A stretch of 63,109 nt of DNA, filler included, from Rhabdomonas costata (Eukaryota), in assembly GCA_019059605.1 (NCBI GenBank). It is 39 parts of 39 records of this genome, joined end to end, with 100 filler letters (N's around TTAATTAATTAA, not from the genome) between each part and the next. Parts side by side here need not be neighbours in the genome. Positions count along the whole stretch, not along the records: positions 1 to 1,522 come from JAHMHO010013901.1; positions 1,623 to 3,144 come from JAHMHO010013902.1; positions 3,245 to 4,766 come from JAHMHO010013903.1; positions 4,867 to 6,388 come from JAHMHO010013904.1; positions 6,489 to 8,007 come from JAHMHO010013905.1; positions 8,108 to 9,629 come from JAHMHO010013906.1; positions 9,730 to 11,247 come from JAHMHO010013907.1; 32 more parts are not named here. One strand, given 5' to 3'. The notes under the pieces are model-generated. The model did not search any database. It was given only the letters and a program-made list of their open reading frames with translations, and had not been told where the DNA came from. Shown in pieces: positions 1 through 10,716 of this stretch; the first letter of the stretch is position 1; each line of letters starts with the position of its first letter. Both the position numbers and the translations under genes were made by a program.

Positions 1-91
1 GTTTTGTTGGCGCGTTTTGTGTTTTTTTTTTTTGCCGTTTTCAGGCATTTTCGGCACGACTTGCCCGATTTAACGATTTTAAGGTCCTTTA

Positions 92-1128
92 AAGCCGCGC
101 AAGCCGCGGCCCTTGGGGGGGGATCATTGTGCCCACTGCCTGAGCTGCGCACATTTGCATCTCCCTGGGGTGTGACAGAGGATCCCGAGGTGCGGGCGGA
201 GCTTCCGCTGCGGAACCAGCGGCTGTCGCGGTTCTGGATCGAGCGTCAGGACAAGGCCGCCACGTCGAGGCCTGCGCTGCGCGGCCGCAGGGTGGTCGTG
301 ATGAACAACGAGGACGACTTTGCGATGATGCTTACGTGCGCGGCCTCCACTGCCCTTTTCGACATATTGCCCCCCCCCGGCCCACCCTGACTGCCTTGCC
401 CTGATTTGGGGTTGCTGCTGCTTCTTGTTCCGTCTTCTTTGCATTTTTGTTTTGGTTTCTTCTCTACTTCATGATTTTGGGAAATTGACACCGTTCCGTA
501 ACCCCCTGTAAATATGGTAGTCACAGTTTACGTAATGGTACAGCGGTTACGGGAAGTGGGTATAACCGATTGTTGTGCCTGGTTTGGTGGTGAAACGGGA
601 GGGAAGTTCACGCAAGTTCAAAACCAGGCCAAAACCACTTAACTGCATCCAAATCCAGGCCAAAACCCCCACACATACAAAACCGGGCCAAAAACATTCA
701 AACCATGCACGTATTGCAGATCAAAAACAACTCGGGAACAACTCCGATACCTCCCAAACCAGCTCAAATCTACTCCCCTGCAACACAAAACCAGTCCACA
801 GCATTCAGAATCCAGGAGGGGGGGGGCATGATTCCAGGTTTCAGATTCCAGGTTTCGGATTGACCGGGGGGTGGGGCATGATTTTCCGTCCCCCCCCTCC
901 CCTTGCCCACGTTAAGTACCCATGCGTGGAATGGGCATGTTAAGATGTGCTGTTGCGTGTTTGTGTTTTCCTTTGCGCGTGGCCAGGTACATGCTGCGGT
1001 GCCTTGGGCTGGTGGTGTCAATATATGACTTTGACCGCTTCCAGCCCAACTCTCAGGCCCAGGCCGAGGCGGACCAGGCTGACGTGGTGCTGATCGGGCC
1101 TGGGCCTGGGGATCCTACCAACCTTCAA
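92..1128 (+). CDS. Fused anthranilate/aminodeoxychorismate synthase (PhzE/TrpE(G)-like), linker plus start of glutamine amidotransferase domain; partial, 2 exons (~92-335, 987-1128)
   Basis: A GT-AG intron at 336-986 joins RNQRLSRFWIERQD...GRRVVVMNNEDDFAMMLT|YMLRCLGLVVSIYDF...DVVLIGPGPGDP. This has the GATase-I N-terminal motifs preceded by the RNxxLSxFW linker I recall from PhzE-type fusions. The exon 1 start is approximate. Confidence 0.7.
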
Positions 1129-1522
1129 GTCCACTGCCCCCATTCCACACCGTTTACAGCCTCACTATATGTTACCATCATGTACCTCATTTACGAACAA
1201 ATCACCTGTCCATCCTCAACTTGCGTCGAATACCACTACCATCCAGTTTTGCCTGATACTCGGCTTCAAGACGATGCTCAAAAGCTTGCCCTTTCGATCT
1301 CTTGGTCACTTTTTTGAATTCTTCCCCGAGCAAAATGCTTTCATGGCCATCTCTCGAATCCCATTTCGCTTGCTAACGCATGATTGTGAATGCCCTCGAT
1401 GGGCTTTGTGTATTAAAAGCCCCCCCCACACACACACTATAATATTCAACTTCTGATTAGGGCTTACCCACCTGAATACTATAGTGTGTGTGTGGGGGGG
1501 GCTTTTAATACACAAACCCCCC

Positions 1523-1622
1523 NNNNNNNNNNNNNNNNNNNNNNNNNNNNNNNNNNNNNNNNNNNNTTAATTAATTAANNNNNNNNNNNNNNNNNNNNNN
1601 NNNNNNNNNNNNNNNNNNNNNN
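1523..1622. other. Artificial contig spacer (N44-TTAATTAATTAA-N44); first of 38 identical spacers recurring about every 1.62 kb
   Basis: An identical 100-nt block with stops in all six frames separates segments of unrelated content and GC level. Confidence 0.99.
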
Positions 1623-2602
1623 GGTGGTGGGGTCGCGCTGGACCCCAACAGTGTCCGTGGGGTAGTAGAAGTCTTCCCGGGGGCGCATGAACATTCGGTC
1701 CCGCATCCGCTGCGTCTGAAAACGGGAAGGAATGTGATAACCTCACGAGGCTGGCATACGAATGCGAGCATGTGTCTGTTGTGTGTGTGCCGGTAGTCAG
1801 AAATGCAGGCTAAGTTTTGTGACAGTCATTCATCAAATGTGCTAAATTTCTTGAATGAAGCAGAGGCGTGTGCGCTTGTTTTCACGATTGACCTCCCGGC
1901 TGGCCTGTACGGCCTCGATAAGGTCGTCGTCGGTGACCTGCTCAAAGCAGCAGATGCACGTGAATGTGATCATCCCCATCACCATGAACGTGCACACGAT
2001 CAGGAACGGCACGGGAAAGTCCTCCAGAAGCTCTACCACCGCTGCCCGCACCGGCCCGGGCTCGCGGTATGGCCCCTCGTAGCCCAACCTCTCAGGGTCC
2101 TTCGTGAGCTCCGCGTTGTACCTCGGAATCCACGTCGCCCTGCAAAAAAAAAGTCTCACACACCACCCGCTTGCCTGATTGTGAGTATTATACATTATTT
2201 ATGAGAATGATACCGCCTCAAGGGCTGCGAGCTCGATTGCTCCAAGCGCGTTTCATCCGCACTGAATCGTTGGTAAACAATACGAGCTCCAAAAAGAACA
2301 AAACGAAGAGTTCGACACAACCTCAACCAAGAGCTTGTGTACAGACGCGGCAATACACATCAATGAAAGCAATCCCAAGAGGTTCTCTTTGGAGCGCACA
2401 AGGCTAGGACCAGCCCTGGGTTCTGGGAAACAGGATTGGCCCCACCTGGCATATTCAAACGCAGCCTCCACGTCGTGCCCCATGAAGAAGTTGTCGAAGA
2501 GGATGTCCGCTTGAACGCTCCATCCTTCGATGGCCAACCGATGCATGCAGGTCAGGTTGGCAGGGTGGGGCACCCTGGGCTCCACAGGAAGAGTCTGGTC
2601 CT
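1623..2602 (-). CDS. Calnexin-like protein, C-terminal part with transmembrane helix (exons 2602-2446, 2139-~1874, probably 1715-1623)
   Basis: LAIEGWSVQADILFDNFFMGHDVEAAFEYAR|ATWIPRY matches the calreticulin/calnexin C-terminal motif (ELWxxxxDILFDN). It is followed by the hydrophobic segment FLIVCTFMVMGMITFTCICC, with GT-AG junctions in phase. Confidence 0.65.
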
Positions 2603-3141
2603 CTAAAATAAAAGGGCCAAGAAAAATGCTTCCATGCTATTCAACGGTGTGGATCCAAAGTATGAGAGCGTGCCATCCGTGTCTGTTAAGATCTCCCAAA
2701 AACTTGCAGAAACCCATGGAGGAAAGATTTTCTGACTATTCCTATCAGCTTATGCTATGTAGTTCCGGGGAAATAAACAAACCCTCTCTGATTAACAGCG
2801 GACGCACGAATATTATATATTGGTATCAAGGCACACGAGTTCCTGCCTTCGTCATCCTGTCTGAGTGTGGTAGCAGTGACGTTATTTCCGCGCCCCGAGC
2901 ACAACACATTCCAACGACAGTCACAACATACCTGGCGGAGGATGGGCTATCGGTTCAGCGGAGGCACACCCTTCCTGCTCAGTCCCGCAAGACAACTCGT
3001 TGGTTTCCTGCAGTACAACAAACACAGCCTCATACCGCCTCAAGGGCTGCGAGCTCGATTGCTCCAAGCGCGTTTCATCCGCACTGAATCGGTGGTAAAC
3101 AATACGAGCTCCAAAAAGAACAAAACGAAGAGTTCGACACA
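2210..3141 (+). repeat. ~110-bp direct repeat (2210-2319 and 3032-3141)
   Basis: ATACCGCCTCAAGGGCTGCG...GAGTTCGACACA occurs twice with a single mismatch. Confidence 0.9.
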
Positions 3142-3636
3142 CCCNNNNNNNNNNNNNNNNNNNNNNNNNNNNNNNNNNNNNNNNNNNNTTAATTAATTAA
3201 NNNNNNNNNNNNNNNNNNNNNNNNNNNNNNNNNNNNNNNNNNNNGTGGTGGGTGTGGTTGGGGGTGTGGGTTACACAAGCTCCGCGTTTTCTTTTCACTA
3301 AGTTTACGTTGCATTTCACCGTGAAATCACACTTTGCATAAACTGAAATAAACGTACGCGCCTTTCCGTTCGAACCCAGGGGTTGGCAGCAGGTGGTCTC
3401 CATTTGGGTGGTCTCGTGCTGGCTCTGTCTTAAGCGAATTGCAATTGATGTTTCGGGATTGCGGGGCTTTAACCCGGACCCTCCTTTGCTTTCTTTGTAT
3501 TCTTGCGATTTTCTCCGGAGTGGGGAGCGGGACGTGCCCTCTGACCCCAAATGAAACGCTTGCAGGCTCTCATGGAGTTTCGGGGGCTTCTCTCATTTAC
3601 TTCACTCGTTTCTATGTGCGCGTGTGCTGAAGTTTT

Positions 3637-3872
3637 GGCTCTTCATCGCGAAGGGATTTGCATTAGTCTTTGTTAGAGTTAGATGGCGAATTGTAAGTTT
3701 GATGCAGTTTAGTGAACGCATCGAAAGCTGGAGATGTCCGTGTTGGGACGCTGCCGTTTAAGTCTGTTAACTTGCTCATAGTTCTTCTCTGAAAGGATTT
3801 CACGGCCGACCCTCATCTAAGTCGTTCTCCGTTATGGCGCACATCGAGCAACGAACAGTTGCCAAAAGATAT
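3637..3872 (+). ncRNA. Candidate cluster of single-hairpin AGA-box (H/ACA-like) snoRNAs
   Basis: Three hairpins each end just before AGA: GGCTCT/AGAGTT then AGA 3681; TTTGATGC/GCATCGAA then AGA 3732; GGC..TCGTT-CTC/GAG-C-AACGA..GTTGCC then AGA 3867. The region has no ORF. Confidence 0.35.
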
Positions 3873-4082
3873 TGAATTACTTAAGACACCCAACGCTTTA
3901 TATATATATCAAAGCACTCTCTGTCATATTTTCGCGCCTTTCGTCATCTTCGTCATCTGTCACCTCTCCTTTTGGAATATAACTCTGAATGTGATTGCCT
4001 GGATTCCGGGCGATGATCTCTCACAGGTGTAAAACTTGTCCCATTTCTTTTCACTTTCTTCGTGTTCCACTTTCCTTTTTGG

Positions 4083-4649
4083 ATGCCTCTACCACCATCT
4101 CCTGGTGGCATGCAACCCGTCCTCGAGTCCAGCCCTAGCAGCCCTCACCCCTTGGTCTCCAGCCGCCTTCCTCGCTTGAATAGCGTCCCCACCCCAGTTG
4201 CACCCTCAAAGCTCCTCTCCATTCGGCTATGCATCGTGCTGTGCTTCGCCTTGGTTGTTGTCGTGACCGCGGCATCGGTGGCTGCCGTCCTGATCACCTC
4301 GACATATAGCGTTGTCCAGGAGCTGCAGGCCGCCTCAGCGCAGACAGTCTCCCGGGTTCGGTCCGGCTCTGAATCCATTCTCTCAAACCTTTCCTCTGTC
4401 ACGCTGCAGATGCTCGACAACCTGGCCAACAGCTCCTTAAGCGAGGAAAGCGAGCTGTCCGAGTTCACGACTCTTCAAGTCAGCGAGATGGCCTCAGCAT
4501 TGATGAGCCGAGACCTTGACGTGATGGAGCAGCAGCTGGAGGTACAGATGAGTACCGTGGTGACTGCCTCCCAAGTGACTCTGAAGTACATCTCGGACTG
4601 GGGACTGAACATCTCTGTGTTTCCGGATATGCTGAAGATTGGTCGGCAG
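4083..4649 (+). CDS. First exon of a membrane receptor-type protein, possibly an adenylate cyclase-like receptor
   Basis: Basic residues precede an N-terminal TM helix (LSIRLCIVLCFALVVVVTAASVAAVLIT), then a helical ectodomain; the exon ends at a CAG|GT donor. The family assignment is inferred. Confidence 0.45.
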
Positions 4650-5000
4650 GTGTTGCTTTCTGTCTGCTTGCCCAATATCAGTATTTAATGTTCAGCGAAT
4701 TGGGTTGTGACCCGTGATCTCAATTCCTGAACATTAAATACTGATATTGGGCAAGCACACACCCACNNNNNNNNNNNNNNNNNNNNNNNNNNNNNNNNNN
4801 NNNNNNNNNNTTAATTAATTAANNNNNNNNNNNNNNNNNNNNNNNNNNNNNNNNNNNNNNNNNNNNTTGGGTTGGAGAAGGGAGGGGAGGGGAAAGGTTC
4901 TCTCTTTCATTTGCCATTGTAATGGGCTGGTCGTCCTCTGTTGGCGCGGTGGTCTCTGGTTCTGTCACTTTAGTTACTTTTTTCGCTCTTCAATTCCAAG

Positions 5001-6146
5001 GGACATTGAGGGGTTTAGCGCGCTTTGCGAACGGATCCACCCTGATCAGCTCGTGCAGCTGACCACGAAATACCTGCAGGCCATGTGTGAGATCATAGTG
5101 AACTCCAAGGGTACCCTGGACAAGGTGGACCCCCGACATGCTTCCCAGATTGTCAGGGACTGGCAGTGGATCGTGAGTCTGAATGCACTTTTCGAAAACA
5201 TGGGGTTTGGGTTCATTGCAGGGCGAGCCAGGAGTGGAAAACAAGCAGCGAATGAGCGAATGAGAGTGGAAGAGAAATTGCGGCGACTTTCGTGTTTCGA
5301 TTTCGGTTTAGATTGGGGAGAAATTCTGAAGGATCGCGCACTTCACCCGAGCAGAGGCACAGATTTTTTACTCGGGGCTTACAGTCGCCAGAACCAAACG
5401 AAATAGATGGCTGTTCCTCGTAACCTTTTGTACCCTTGCGGTTCCGACGTTGTTGATGCATACGCTGTTCAACGATCTAGTCAACACTGAGGTTTGCCAG
5501 GAGTGTTGCTTTCTCGGAGCTGCCGAAGCAGTCTGTGGCTCTTGTGAATCATAGGGGTTTCCGTTTTCGTTTTGCTGCTTGGTGGGTGTCTGGTTTCTTG
5601 GGCCCCATTTCAGTTCATTGGGGACTGCATCATGGCGCTGTGGAATGCCCCAAGGCGGCTAAAGGCCCATGAGCGCGCTGCCATCGGCGCGGCCCTGGAC
5701 ATGCAGGTCCGGCTGGTGGAGCTTCACAAGGAATGGCTGGAGGAGGGCATTCCCCCTATCAGGTCATCATCATTTTATGCTTGGGGGGCGCCCTTTATTA
5801 GAAGCGTTTTCATGGGCCACCTACCAACACAAGGATTTTCCACGAATTTCGTTTGTCCAGGGGGACATGCATAGCGGGATACAGACCTGACGCCTTCACG
5901 CCAGAATGCTTACCGCAAATATTACCTTCTTTTTGCCTAACCAACTTGAGCCCAAAACTGGATTAGTCTCGTCGTTAGCGTACATTCTGTTTTGGCTTCG
6001 CATCGTGGTCATTTTTTAGTGCCCTGGCCACTGGCCCATTCGCGCAGGGACGCACACATGACATCTCCGCAGGTTCCGAACCGGCGTGAACACGGACGCT
6101 GTCCTTGTGGGGAACTTTGGCTGCGAGCACCGCATCAACTACACAG
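5001..6146 (+). CDS. Class III adenylate/guanylate cyclase catalytic domain (exons 5001-5124, 5614-5762, 6073-~6146)
   Basis: DIEGFSALCE...GTLDK|FIGDCIMALWNAP...PPIR|FRTGVNTDAVLVGNFGCEHRINYT contains the canonical cyclase motifs, with in-phase GT-AG introns. Confidence 0.92.
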
Positions 6147-8107
6147 GCATGGTCTTCACACAGACACAGACCCACGCACGCTGACACCCACACTCCTTAA
6201 AGAATTCTGCCGTTGACTGCATATACGGTGAATGATACTTGGGGGTGGGGGTGCCCGTATAATGGGGTATTATAGCCATTATACTATAATGAAATTATAC
6301 TTTAATATTGCCCGGGTCACCTCAAAAGTACGAATTTTGCTCGCTGTAGATTAAAGTTTACGATTTCGGGCTTAGAGAGCGAAAAAGCNNNNNNNNNNNN
6401 NNNNNNNNNNNNNNNNNNNNNNNNNNNNNNNNTTAATTAATTAANNNNNNNNNNNNNNNNNNNNNNNNNNNNNNNNNNNNNNNNNNNNGTTGTTGCAAAA
6501 AAATTCCTGTACTGCTGGCCTGTACTGGGCAACCGTCCTGTCTGTTTCTGTGCAACAATGCTGCCACGGCTGATGATAGAATACTTGGTTTTTGGGCTTC
6601 ATCCTTCAAGGTCCAAGTCCTTCAAGGTGGGCATCATCTCTGCATCGCACTGGGCGGTGTTCAGTGTATCCCTGTGGTCGCGAGGTGGAGGCTTTTTGAG
6701 AGTGCCAGACGAGGGTAAAAATAAGAAGCGTTTTCCTTTCCTTTCAGCCTGTGTCGTCTAAGCGGTCAGCACAGGCTTAAATGCCATACAATGTTTTCTT
6801 GTTCTTTTGTGGGTCCTTCAGCGGGCTGGCGGGTCGGCGACACAATAGAAGAGAGGACTGTTTTTCTCTATTTTTCTCCCAAAGTGGATGAAACTTAACA
6901 GTATGATGGGTTTTGGCGGTGAAGTTGGGGTTAAGGTTTTTCTTCTTCGTTTTGGTTGTTTCAATATTTTGCAAGTTCCTGCTGTTTCTGGCGCTATTGT
7001 TAGCGATTTTTGTTTGCTCCTTAAAGTCTAGACTGAATCAGTTGTTGTTCCAACCTATTACCTCTCAGGTCAAGCGCGCCCACGAGACCACGGATGCAGG
7101 CTTTTCTTTCTTGCCCTGCAGAGGGAGCTCTACTTCGCGAGAAGGTATGTTTTTGTCTGCGAATATTCATCCCATGACCCCTCCTTCCCCCGTACATCAT
7201 TGGTTTTAATGCAGCATTTGAGGAGGGAAGAGAGAGCGATAATATAAAAATGCAGACCGATGAAGACAAATTGGACCCTACCCTGGACCCTACCCAACCC
7301 CCCTGACAGATAGAAAAACATGTATCAGCCAACATAGGGATACACACATTGCAACCGAACCCCTATTGAACTTCTATTAGAATCCCTGCCGTGCGGCTGC
7401 TGAAACTTTGAAGGATTTTTACTTTGTGCTTCTCTTTCTTGCCACTCTCGATCTTTTGCACTTGCCTTCACAGGAGCCGCTGCGATAACTTCTTTGCAGC
7501 CCCCCCTCCCTGTGGGGTTGCTTTGTACACCCCCATCTGTATGTGGTTGTGGGTCTGACCCTGTTTTGCCGCCCATGTCTATGTATATATGTTCCCAGGG
7601 GTGCGGAGTGATCCGCACCTGTTTACGTAATAAAGGCCAGAAAGCAGGACTAAGCTCTCGCTGCTTATATGTATGCTTCATCGTATTTTGCTTTGGCTTG
7701 GGCAATTCTGTTTGCTTTGTTTGGGCTCTGTATATGGTCCTTTGTACCGGTCTCTTCTCCTCTGTCACAGCGCCCTCGACGCTGTTGGTGTTGTTTTTTG
7801 TGAGGTGCGATGACAGTTACAACGATATGTCACATTCTGTGAAGTTGCTTTCATATATGGAGTGGAAAGGGTGCGATGGTGCCCGGCAGTGGGTCCTGAA
7901 AGAACAGGAGCGATGCGGAGGGTGTGTGGTGTCGTAGTGCCCCACCGCCCGAGCGGGTCTCCGGTGTTGAGCTGTTGGAGCAAACCGTGCACTACACCTG
8001 GCAGTTCNNNNNNNNNNNNNNNNNNNNNNNNNNNNNNNNNNNNNNNNNNNNTTAATTAATTAANNNNNNNNNNNNNNNNNNNNNNNNNNNNNNNNNNNNN
8101 NNNNNNN

Positions 8108-9628
8108 TTTGTTGTTTATTTAGTAAAAAATCAAAAGATGTATTAAATAAAATAAAAAATGTTTTATTAAAAGACACAGCTAATAAATTATATATGTCAT
8201 TAAATGATGTATATATTTTTCCATCATATAATGACATATATAATTTATTAGCTGTGTCTTTTAATAAAACATTTTTTATTTTATTTAATACATCTTTTGA
8301 TTTTTTACTAAATAAATAACAGACTGCATCTAAAAATGTATTTTCATCTAGACCACATTTTAAAAAATATTCAGATGTATTCACTAAAAAATTTTGTGTC
8401 ATTTTTATTTGTTTTGATAAAGTTGTATTCAAAAAATAATCTAAAAATTTCGGAAGAAATGCTAAACGTCCATATGTAACTTTATTTGTATCTTGTAGTA
8501 TATTATATATATTTTTTATAGTATATATATTAATTAATATATAATATAATATATTTTTCACATCATATGTTTGAGTTTCTTGTTGTTGTCTATTTTGTAA
8601 TGATGATAAATAAAAATCTTTTATTTTTTTATTTTTTGATAAAATTTGATCTTTTTTATAACAACAAGGCATCGGACATTTAAATGGATTTTTACTTTTT
8701 GTTAAAAATCCAATAAATGTATATTCACCATTTGATTTCGGATCACATGCATAATATAAATATTTATCAGATTTATTTTCATCATTACCACAATCATATA
8801 ATTTAATCATTTTTAATGTTTTTGTTTGTTTTCCCATTTTTACTTTTTTTTTTCATATATTCCTGTTTCTTGGTTTAGTACATAACCATTTTTTAATAAC
8901 ATGTTAATATCTTTCTCTGAATATTGTTGAGGTATTCGTTTCTGTTTTCCATTATTTTGACATGCACGTGACCATTGTGTTTGTCCTTCTTCTGGTTTAA
9001 AACCGATACGTTTTGTGTCCGTTTTTGTCATTTGTTTTATACTTAATGTTTTTGTTTCATGTTGTACAATGACATTTACTTTATGTCTTCTTTTAGCAAC
9101 ATTTACTAATTTTTCAATACTTGATATCTTATTTTTCACTGTTTGATTGTTTTTTATGTACATCTCAACATAAATATATATAACTTTATTCAAAAACAAT
9201 AAAATTTTATCAAGTTGTTCTTTATCACGTGATCCAGATATTCTTATTTTATATTTACTTGGTTCTTTACCTTGGATATCAATACCAATACCTGGTAATT
9301 TTTGTTTAGGTAATTCATCCATTCTTTTTAAAACTTTTCTATTTTTTCGTATTATTGTTGCTTGTTGTAATACTTTATTTATTTCAAGTTTTGCTCTTGC
9401 TTCTGTTATATTAAATTGTTTACTAATTTCTTCTGTTAATGTAGATATTGTATATTCATAATTTCTCAATATGTACATAATTCTTTGTACTATTCTGATT
9501 TGATCATCATATTTTGATATTCTTTTATATCTAAGATATGTTCCAAATTTACCAATTTCATCCTCACTTTGTTGTTTTGATTGTCTTTTTCTTGGATTGA
9601 TTACAAGTGATACATATGGAAAAAAATA
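8108..9628 (-). CDS. NCLDV (Mimiviridae-like) early transcription factor VETF large subunit, internal fragment, frameshifted at an A10 run (~8844-8853)
   Basis: Very AT-rich, intronless contig with motifs FFPYVSLVINPRKRQSK, GTYLRYKRISKY, KIRISGSRDKEQL, QWSRACQN, GFLTKSKNP, MPCCYKK and ILQDTNK, which I recognise from mimivirid VETF-L. Confidence 0.8.
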
Positions 9629-9882
9629 ANNNNNNNNNNNNNNNNNNNNNNNNNNNNNNNNNNNNNNNNNNNNTTAATTAATTAANNNNNNNNNNNNNNN
9701 NNNNNNNNNNNNNNNNNNNNNNNNNNNNNGGGTTGGTGTGTGTTTGGGGTGTGTGGTCTTCTTCTGTATACCTGCCCACCTGTGCTGCTTCGTGTGGTGG
9801 GTGCTGGCCTGATGACACAATTGCTCTTGTTATTAGCCTTGACGTTGTGGCGCCACATCTTGCACCCACTTCTCGTTTCCAG

Positions 9883-10716
9883 GACTGCGAAGCTGCGATC
9901 AAGGTGGTCCCCCAGTCGCGGAGCTTGTTTTCCCTATTCGGCCTTTTTCAGGTGGATGTTCCCTTCTCTCTGATGGGATGGGTGCATATATATCTCAGCC
10001 ACCAAATCATGCCTCTTTTTGCGCCTGCTTTTTTGTGCACCCTGTTTAGATGTGTCACCGGAAGATCTACGGCAACCTGTCTGCGCTGGGTCTCTTCCTG
10101 AGCTGCCCCTTGTACAGCCCTCAGCTGGCAGTCCTGCAGAACTTTTCCGTATGACTCGTATTCTACACACTGCCCCAGAACGTAGCAAATTGTTCGTTGG
10201 CCGTTTACGTTTACCGTTGTTAACATATTATTGTGCTTTGTCTTCCTCTGAAACAGGGTTTGGGCTGTGGCGACTGCGGTAAAGTGCCCCTTTTAAAAAC
10301 GCACAGACGGTGGAGATGTGGCTTTGATGCATTTTGTGTGGGTTTTCAGATTTTTACGACTATCCCTGACAAGGAGAAGGACGCCGCCATCTTCTCAGGG
10401 ATATTTGCACTTTCCTGGTATGCTGAGGGTCTTTCTGTGCTTTTGTGGCTTTTGCTTTGTTATTTTTTCCTCTTCGTTCTGGCGGTGCATTGAGCCGAGA
10501 TGCATTGGCATAAATCTCAGGAGGGGGTGGGGGGTCTGGCTTAGGTGGTGTGAGTTGCTCAACTGCTTTGGGGCCCCACCCGTGGCCTCGGCTGACCTGG
10601 AGTCCCTTCGGGCACGGGTCCGCGATGTGGCGGGGATGCTGGACCGCCTGGAGCTCGCCTTGGCAGAGCACCCGTCGTTCTCCTCGTTCCCCTCCATTGG
10701 AGGACAGAGCTCCGCG
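9883..10716 (+). CDS. FANCD2: FANCD2-like protein fragment (exons ~9883-9903, 10050-10148, 10350-10417, 10545-10716)
   Basis: The spliced peptide MCHRKIYGNLSALGLFLSCPLY...PDKEKDAAIFSGIFALSW|WCELLNCF...RARVRDVAGMLDRLELALAEHP parallels the FANCD2 segment GNLxxIDxLLxCP...NWFRExxNAF...RL. Junctions are GT-AG and in phase. Confidence 0.55.

Noticed and set aside
1405-1516. Inverted repeat (1405-1441 versus 1480-1516) suggesting a MITE or terminator
   Set aside because: It sits at the contig end, like those at ~4665-4757, ~8110-8312 and ~33812-33935. These are best explained as amplification fold-backs; the 8110 copy inverts viral coding sequence.
4083-6146. Joining the receptor-like exon and the cyclase domain into one gene
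   Set aside because: They are on different contigs separated by a spacer, so adjacency is arbitrary.
8840-8853. Programmed frameshift in the viral VETF gene
   Set aside because: An A10 homopolymer indel from sequencing, amplification or decay is more parsimonious, and no stimulatory structure is evident.
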